A DNA stretch of 17,375 bases from Octopus sinensis. Lineage: Eukaryota. Positions 9,983 to 17,375 of the stretch are shown here, piece after piece; within the stretch, counting starts at the first letter, position 1; every line of letters starts with the position of its first letter. The notes beneath the pieces were generated by a model that was not told the DNA's origin, ran no database searches, and worked only from the letters and a program-made list of their open reading frames with translations. The translations under genes and the position numbers were made by a program. The stretch lies in assembly GCF_006345805.1 (NCBI RefSeq), contig NW_021824636.1, positions 1-17,375 of the forward strand, written 5' to 3'.

Positions 9983-10193
9983 CCTTTCTACTATAGGCAC
10001 AAGGCCTGAAAGTTTGGAGGGGATAGTCGATTAGATAGACACCCAGTGCTCGACTGGTACTTATCTTATTGATCCCGAAAGGAAGAAAGGCAAAGTCGAC
10101 CGAGGCAAAATTTGAACTTAGGACGTAAAGAATCGGAAGAAATAACGCTAAGCATTTGGTGCGACGCGTTAAGACCTCTGTAGTCTCGCTGCC
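9983..10193 (-). mobile_element. SINE family A, diverged
   Basis: cctttctactataggcacaaggcc tail variant (shared with 1351), cccgaaaggaagaaaggcaaagtcgacc core, and head ending ctcgctgcc. Confidence 0.8.
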
Positions 10194-10328
10194 TAATAAT
10201 GATTTCTTATATTTATCCCCTGGGGTACATAGATGAGGGTACGATACGAAGACAAACACTAAGCGTAGGGATTTATATTAAATGGAATGATTAAAAAAAA
10301 GCAACTAATATGTTTATTGGTATATATA

Positions 10329-10490
10329 CATATTTGTACTTTAGCAGCCGTTGTATATAGTACACATCTGTATTTTCGTTCGGTTGTGTATTAGTACGCA
10401 CTAGGACCTTAATACGGTTGAATATTAGTCGACATTTGTATTTCAGTACGGCTTGTATTAGCAGACATTTGTACTTTATTTCGGCTGAAA
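10329..10490. repeat. Degenerate ~33-34-bp minisatellite, ~5 units
   Basis: CGG/CCG anchors recur at about 10348, 10381, 10415, 10449 and 10482, with acatttgta and tattag motifs at the same period. Confidence 0.65.
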
Positions 10491-11039
10491 ATCTTACTAA
10501 TAATCTTTGTTGTAATGTCTGCAACACTTTCAGAGACTGAAGCAACTGAAGCGAAACAAATAAGTAAAAAAAAATCTATTTTTAGTCTTCTAGCAAGTCA
10601 GTGCTAGTAACTAGACTATTGTCTCCAAACGCAATGCTCAATATTTGGTCTTCTTCATTGGTGTAGTGAAGGCGTTGGGACCGGCTGGTCGGTGCACTCT
10701 TACAATGGAGCTTGGCGAATGTTCGCCCCGAGGTTATAATGTCAAATTTGATGTCAACATCTTTGTTTCACCGAGTGGACGAAAGCCGTCCCATCTTAAC
10801 CGATTCGGTGATCAGCTTGCTCACATGTATTACCTTTGAAGTATGTGTGAGCGTGGTTCTTTTTATGTATGTCTGTGTGTGTGTGACACTCTATGTGACA
10901 TCGTGTGTGTATGTGTTAATGTGTGCATATGTGTGTTATGTATGTGTGTATGTGTGTGCACATGTATATAAAATATATTGTCCGTATCCTCTATGACATG
11001 GTATGCACATAAATATGTGTGTGTATATGCTTATATGGA

Positions 11040-11118
11040 GTATATATATGTATGTATATGGGTATATATCTAGGCATATATATGTGTGTGTATAAGTATA
11101 TACATAAATGTATATATA

Positions 11119-11149
<31 letters not shown>

Positions 11150-11176
11150 ATGATATGTATGTATGTATGTATATAT

Positions 11177-11230
<54 letters not shown>

Positions 11231-11272
11231 GTATGTATTTATATATATATTATATATGTATATATTTTATAT
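11040..11272. repeat. (TA)n/(TATG)n microsatellite
   Basis: Direct reading. Confidence 0.95.
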
Positions 11273-11400
11273 AGAAAATCCCAAAAGAAGAAGCACAAAA
11301 AAACAAGAACGCGAGGATATATATATATATATATATATGTGTGTGTATATATATACACGTGTAAGCACAGAGATGCAAAACAACGTGGGAAAATACTACT

Positions 11401-11664
11401 CGATTACCGAGGGTAGAGTAATATACTTTTTTATAAAAGGTGCAAAAGCATAATAAAAAACTGACTCAGTGCCTCCCGTTCCCGTTGTGGGACAGTTGTG
11501 ATCAAGACTGAAGTCTTGACTGCAGTGACTGCAACCTTGATCACAACTGTCCCACGAACGGAAACGTGAAACTCTGAGTCACAGTTTCAATTTAGTCACA
11601 GGGATGTTTTTGTACCTTTAATAAAAAAAAATGTATATATTTACTCGACACTGTTCGGTAATCG
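11401..11664. repeat. ~265-bp imperfect palindrome (fold-back or MITE-like)
   Basis: Perfect 20-bp inner arms (11487-11506 / 11536-11555) and perfect 10-bp outer arms (11401-11410 / 11655-11664), with partial complementarity between them. Confidence 0.85.
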
Positions 11665-11670
11665 GTGCGC

Positions 11671-11718
11671 ATTCAAAGCAGTGATCAGTAACTTTACGAA
11701 ACCGGTATGCTTTTGAAT
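11671..11718 (+). ncRNA. Minimal type I hammerhead ribozyme fold with G3:C8 core variant
   Basis: Stem I attcaaagca/tgctt(t)tgaat (10 bp, 1 bulge), core GUGAUCA, stem II gta-actt-tac, GAAA, palindromic stem III ACCGGU, cleavage triplet GUA (11705-11707). All elements have canonical spacing. Confidence 0.7.
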
Positions 11719-11933
11719 CTCTCTAACAATTCACAATAACTTTTATTACTTTTATTCCTACTTCACTTCATCTAATTGTATATATGTATCGTTACTTCTC
11801 ATAAAAAGCCTTTACTTTTTTGATTTCCAATGTGCATATTTCGCTTATCATTTTTTCTTTCCCCTTACATTTCCACGTGTAGTTTCTATTTTCCTTTTGT
11901 AACATCCACACACACATACACACACACACACAC

Positions 11934-11964
<31 letters not shown>

Positions 11965-12291
11965 CACACAGACGCATATATGTATATATATAGAGAGAGA
12001 TAAAACTTACTTGGAACTGGATGCATGGCGTTCGATATATAACAAAATAGTAAATAAAACATATGCATATATACATACATATATGTACATACCTACATCT
12101 ATATGTATATATACATCCATATATGGGTACAGGACACCAAAAATCGTAGAACACAATGAGAAACGAAAACATAAAAACAAAAACATAGAAATGAACTTTT
12201 TTCAAACAACGAAAAAACAGAGTACAAGACATACAAGACAAGGAATATTCCCCTTCTACAGCTGCCCCTGCTTCGACTACTCAGTGTTTCG

Positions 12292-12338
<47 letters not shown>

Positions 12339-12341
12339 TAT

Positions 12342-12374
<33 letters not shown>

Positions 12375-12399
12375 AGACCAAAGTGTACGTACGCCGCCA

Positions 12400-13121
12400 T
12401 ATGTATATAAAAAGGAATACAAAAAATGGAACAAGAACGCAAAACATCCAGACTCTTTCGTTCTTTCTTTCTACCAGCCTCTTCACACTTCGTTCGTTTC
12501 ACTCTTCTTTCTTTCGTTCCACCTCTCTCACATTTCCTGGCTTTCTGTTCATTCTCACCTTCCCTCCTTTTTCACTTCACTCTGTCCCTTTTCTTTTTTC
12601 TCATCCCTCTCCTATTCCTCTGCCTCTGTCTCTCTCCACGCCTTCCAAATGACCGGTGTTCCGCCAAGCCTGACCTTTCTTTCTTGGTTCAACTACCATC
12701 CGTGCAACATCTATATTCCTCCCTATGCCTGTCATCTCTTATGTCCCTACCATAAAACTTCACTTCCACACTCGCCAGCTTAATTTAATTCGTCCATAGT
12801 CGAAAGACACCTGTTGCTAATGTCCTGTTATTTGCAATTGTATTTGTGTACCATTTCTCCGTTTTATTTTCGTCCTTGTTTTCCCATAATTTTTCTGCTT
12901 TCTTCCAAGGAATCTTGTGCTCTTAGCTTAGTTTTTCCTTGGGGATGGCCAGATTGGAGCAATCTCGAGTATAACTAGCCGAAATTGCAAAGATAATCTG
13001 GAACTCGACTGAGGGCAGAAAACTCCGAATGACCCGTCCTTGTTTTTTCTTGTTCCCTTTTTGTATCATGTGTGGATGTTTTGTGTTCTTGTCCTATTTC
13101 TTGTATTCCTTTATATACATA
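12400..13121. mobile_element. ~720-bp segment bounded by ~50-bp inverted repeats (unclassified; possibly a Penelope-like terminus with inverted partial copy)
   Basis: 12400-12450 versus reverse complement of 13073-13121: 4 mismatches plus a 2-nt indel. Flanked by microsatellites. Confidence 0.5.
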
Positions 13122-13433
13122 CATACATACATACATACATACATACATACATACATACATACATACATACATACATACATTCATGCACACACACATACAC
13201 ATACAGACGTACATACCAGCACACCTCCTACTTTGTCTGACTTTTCCCGTCATTCTCTCTCTCTCTCTCTATGCACCGCACACAAATATACATACACAAC
13301 ACACACACACACACACACAGAGGAAGACCGAAAGTAATGTTTCATAATATATTTGTTTTTATATATATTGATTTATAAAAGTTGCTAATATATTTATTAA
13401 TATAATATTTATGCATCTCTCGCTCTCTCTCTC

Positions 13434-13497
<64 letters not shown>

Positions 13498-13604
13498 CAT
13501 TAATATACATATGGTATATTAATCTTTAACCTCCATTTTACGTTTACTATCTTCGGAATCGAATTCTGCTCGATCACATGAAACCCGAAGTTACCAGGTC
13601 TGAC

Positions 13605-13638
<34 letters not shown>

Positions 13639-13685
13639 ATATATATATACATACATATATATATATTATATATATATATACATAC

Positions 13686-13722
<37 letters not shown>

Positions 13723-13830
13723 TATATATATTTATTTATTTTTTTATATTTCAAAATGTATCTACATGTGGATCGTTGGTGATTTCTTTCTTCCGTCTTC
13801 CTTTTCTCTTGGACTTTCCATGTGTCTCCT

Positions 13831-13866
13831 GTTTTTGAAGAAGAGCCTTGCTCGAAACGTAAAAAC
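13831..13866 (+). ncRNA. Degenerate minimal type I hammerhead-like motif (Penelope-type)
   Basis: gttt-TTGAAGA-a-gagc-ctt-gctc-GAAA-CGTA-aaaac: U at position 3, an extra A after A9, a perfect 4-bp stem II and a palindromic ACGU stem III. Confidence 0.55.
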
Positions 13867-13969
13867 TACCTTTCTTTCCCTTCCTCAGCGCCTGTTAATA
13901 CTTTGCATGTACCACATTCTCGCGTTGTTGTTTTCTCTTGTGTTCTTTCTTCGTTTTGGGGGATTGATT

Positions 13970-14034
<65 letters not shown>

Positions 14035-14670
14035 TACATACATACATAAGTACATACATATGTGTGCGTGTATATGTATACATGCATATGTGCATATATA
14101 TATGTATATATAAGAACATATATAAACATACATATATATACGCATATGCATACACACACAGACATATAAACACATACAAAGCCGCACACATATTTACATA
14201 GAAAAACACATACATTTATGTATATTTGTTGTAATTTTTTGTGAATATGTCACTTAATGAAAACGATGGTTTTAAGGAAAGAAATATATAAACATATAAA
14301 GTTATATCGCGAAAATTTGGATAACAGCACGAACGAATGGTTAGTCACAGAATTCTAGAAAAGCCTTGCAATAACGATGCTGTAACATGTCTACCGGCTG
14401 ATACATTTTTTGGCGGAAGTTCTTAGCTTCTCAACATTACGAATTTTTGTTAACATTTTCCATGTGCACTTGTAACATTGAGGACAAATGTAAAATATAT
14501 AATCTGAGTACTGAAGCTGCGGGTTGCGAAGAAAGTGTCCATAAATATTCTGCTTCTAAGTTATTTTCAAAGAAACGTCCACATCTGCAGGGCAGCTGAA
14601 CTTTCTAACTCAACGTTCTATTGATAATATTTTTGCAAACAACTCTATCAGGAATGTGTGTATGTCTGCC

Positions 14671-14770
14671 TATATGAGTGCGTATATATATATATGTATA
14701 GTCACACACTTAAACTCAGTTATATTTGCATATATATGTATATGTGTGTGTGTATGTGTGTGTATGTATG

Positions 14771-14819
<49 letters not shown>

Positions 14820-15180
14820 AATATATATGTATATATATGCATGTATGTATTGTATATATATATATGAGTGCGTATATATATGTATAGTCACATACTTAAA
14901 CTCAGTTATATTTGCATATATATGTATGTGTGTGTGTATGTGTGTGTATGTATATATATATATATATATGTAAATATATATGTATATATATATGTAAATA
15001 TATATGTATATATATGTGCATGTATGTATTGTATATATATGAGTGCGTATATATGTATAGTCACACACTTAAACTCAGTTATATTTGCATATATATGTAT
15101 ATGTGTGTATGTATATATATTATATATATATATGTAAATATATATGTATATATATGCATGTATGTATTGTATATACATAT
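14671..15180. repeat. Three tandem copies of a 175-190-bp compound microsatellite unit
   Basis: tgagtgcgtata at 14675, 14865 and 15040, each followed by agtcaca(c/t)acttaaactcagttatatttgcat. Confidence 0.9.
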
Positions 15181-15549
15181 ATGTGTGTGTGTGTATATAT
15201 ATATACGTGTGCATATATGTGTATACACACACACATGCACATATATGAGTGTGCGTCTCGTATTTGCGTATGCGTTTTATGAAACTATTTTGTGTATATG
15301 AAGTTCTGCCCGTCTGCGTCGTGTGCGTGTGCGTGTGTGTGTGCGTGTGTGTGCGTGGGTGCGTGTATTTACATAAGAAAAATAAACCTGTTTTGAAGCT
15401 TATGGTATTGCAAGACGTGTCTATAAACATCAATTTATTATCAAGTTTCTCCAACTTGCATATTTAAACTTCTAAGACTACACAGAACATAGATATTAAG
15501 CAATATTTTTCAACGTTTCGAGAAGACGTTTCCAGCATTCGAACATTTC

Positions 15550-15596
15550 AACGTTTCGAGAATTGTAGCACTCAGACCTTTTAAAACTCTCATCAA
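15550..15596 (-). other. Degenerate hammerhead-like remnant
   Basis: Minus strand TTGATGA-gag...ctc-GAAA-CGTT; stem I is not supported. Confidence 0.3.
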
Positions 15597-15600
15597 TCAA

Positions 15601-15780
15601 CAAACCAGCTCGATAAAATGACTTAGCGGTTCGCTAAAGGAGATAGATAAAATGACTTAGCGGTTCGACAAACAAGATCGATAAAATGACTTAGCGGTTC
15701 GCTAAAGAAGATCGATAAAATGGCATACTAAAATAATCTAGCGGTTCGACAATCGAGAACGATAAAATGACTTAGCGGTT
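15601..15780 (+). repeat. 34-bp minisatellite array 1 (5 units)
   Basis: Unit GATAAAATGACTTAGCGGTTCG plus a variable 12 nt. Confidence 0.92.
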
Positions 15781-15827
15781 TAACTGAGTTTCATAGAAAA
15801 AAAAAAAGAATTATAGAACCTAAATTC

Positions 15828-16046
15828 TTATCTTTTATCTTTTACTGGTTTCAGTCATTAGACTGCGTCCATGATGGGGAAACCACATTGAAGTTGTTCA
15901 GTCGAAGCAAATCGATCCCGGTACTTTAAGTGTAGTACTTATTCTGTCGATATCTTCGCCGAACGTGAACATATCTCTCATCAATCGCTGGAAGTTGGGA
16001 CAAACACCGACACAGTGACACACATACATATATGCGCGCGCACGCT

Positions 16047-16088
<42 letters not shown>

Positions 16089-16385
16089 TGAGAAATGACG
16101 ATAAACAGAAGTTTATATGATTTGTCCTGACGTACTTTTCACTATTGTGGTTGCTTGAAAGTCTGCAAAATAGGTGTTGCAAGTGCAATTGGATGCTTAA
16201 CCACAACGAGTCATCCGGGAATACTTTATTGCATCACGTTACGTATACATGACGGGCTTCCACTAAGTTTCCGTCTACCAGACTCACTCAGGGTTATGGT
16301 AGAAAACACGTAATGTGCCGGAGCTGAACCCGGAAACATTTGGTTGTAAAGCGAGCTTCTTAACCGCATAGCCACGCATGCGCCT
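15828..16385 (-). mobile_element. SINE family B with internal (CA)n and ~150-bp extra sequence
   Basis: Head aggcgcatgcgtggctatgcggttaagaagctcgc...ttccgggttcagctcc on the minus strand; tail aaaagataaaagataa. Colinear with 3768-4214. Confidence 0.8.
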
Positions 16386-16649
16386 TTATAATCCAACATA
16401 TTGAATATAAGTTTGAAAAATGAAGCTTAGGGATCATTAAACCGCTATATCCATACATCTCTGCAAAGAACTTTTAACGTTAATGCCATCAGTTATCCGG
16501 TGATAGGATTCCAGCAGTATTTCGCAAGTGATTCTCCTAAGTCTGAAACCCATAAAGTCCACCTAAGAAGATTCTAGACTCAATATTGAAAACGGATATC
16601 GGCAAGATCGAATCTCTTGATTACAGTGAATTATAATTATGTTCAAACT

Positions 16650-16932
16650 TAAAATGACCTAGCGGTTCGACATACGAGATCGATAAAATGAACTAGCGGT
16701 TCAACAAACCAGCTCGATAAAATGACTTAGTGGTTCGACAAACAAGATCGATAAAATGACCTACGGTTCGCTAAAGAAGATCGATAAAATGACTTAGCGG
16801 TTCGCTAAAGAAGATCGATAAAATGCCTTACTAAAATAACCTAGCGGTTCGACAATCGAGATCGATAAAATGCATTAGCGGTTCGGCAAACGAGATCGAT
16901 AAAATGTCTTAGCGGTTCACCAAACCAGATCG
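16650..16932 (+). repeat. 34-bp minisatellite array 2 (8 units)
   Basis: Same unit and same variant blocks as array 1. Confidence 0.92.
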
Positions 16933-17053
16933 TGCATATGTATATATATACATATAGTGAACCGCTAATTCATTTATGTATATAGGTTTGAATGCATTTA
17001 TCTACATATATACGTAAGTATTCATGCGCACTTTTATATGTTTCATTCGTATA

Positions 17054-17065
17054 CAAGATGGCGGC
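17054..17065 (+). promoter_or_regulatory. YY1-type motif CAAGATGGCGGC overlapping a start codon
   Basis: Exact match to the YY1 consensus, which commonly overlaps start codons of housekeeping genes. Confidence 0.5.
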
Positions 17066-17090
17066 GGAAAATAATAATAACAGAAAATTC
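17058..17090 (+). CDS. Candidate first coding exon (MAAENNNNRKF), unidentified protein
   Basis: AAGATGGCG start and donor-like TTC|GTGAGA at 17091, followed by pyrimidine-rich intron-like DNA. Confidence 0.35.
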
Positions 17091-17375
17091 GTGAGAGTGG
17101 AAGGGAGCGGAGCGATTTTTGTCTAACATATTTTTTCTTTTACTTATTATGCATTCTTTATTTCTATATTTTTACCGTTTTATATTCATTCATTGTTTTT
17201 CTCCTATTCATTTTCCTCTTTCTTCCCTCTCTCTCTCCCCCCTCTCTCTCTCTCTCTCTCTCTCTAACCCCTACCAATCGTCTGCTATCTCATTCTTCTC
17301 TACAGCCGACATCACTAAACATCATCTATAGGAGTGAATTGCAGAAAATAAGGCCAATTTTCCACTTCACTAACA

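Noticed and set aside
10762-10816. Minus-strand CTGATCA...GAAAC as a hammerhead
   Set aside because: C3/C8 cannot pair and an extra U lies between stem II and GAAA; stems I and III are absent.
12932-13003. Hammerhead-shaped motif ttcc-TTGGGGA-t-ggc...gcc-GAAA-tt...aatc-tggaa
   Set aside because: The core has C3U and A6G changes and stem I is out of register. At most it is a dead relic and it is not called as a ribozyme.
14340-14650. Unique stretch with a ~55-codon open frame on the minus strand
   Set aside because: No recognisable domain or convincing splice pair.
15601-16932. CRISPR array (constant 22 nt plus variable 12 nt)
   Set aside because: The spacers are only 12 nt, related to each other and repeated. 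There are no cas genes and the context is eukaryotic; it is a minisatellite.

Overview
AT-rich eukaryotic, largely non-coding DNA dominated by microsatellites (TA, CA/TG, AAT, TACA, AAAG) and interspersed repeats. The repeat make-up looks like a coleoid cephalopod (Octopus-type) genome; this is an inference from recalled repeat families, not a search. No complete protein-coding gene can be supported, and almost all ORFs in the track are microsatellite translations. Supported content: five copies of one tRNA-headed SINE (called family A here), several copies or fragments of a second (family B), and one full-length third SINE (family C) with a 23-bp target-site duplication. There is also an internally deleted mariner transposon, a 5'-truncated RLE-type (R4/Dong-like) non-LTR retrotransposon ending in a ~700-bp (AAT)n array, a 5S rRNA-derived sequence fused to a SINE-B 3' tail, two related 34-bp minisatellite arrays and several fold-back structures. 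Three short candidate first exons or promoter-like sites are weakly supported. The most interesting signal is a compact type I hammerhead-ribozyme fold at 11671-11718 whose core carries the reciprocal G3:C8 swap of the C3:G8 pair. It sits directly beside a ~265-bp rod-like palindrome, and two more degenerate hammerhead-like motifs lie at 13831 and 15550.
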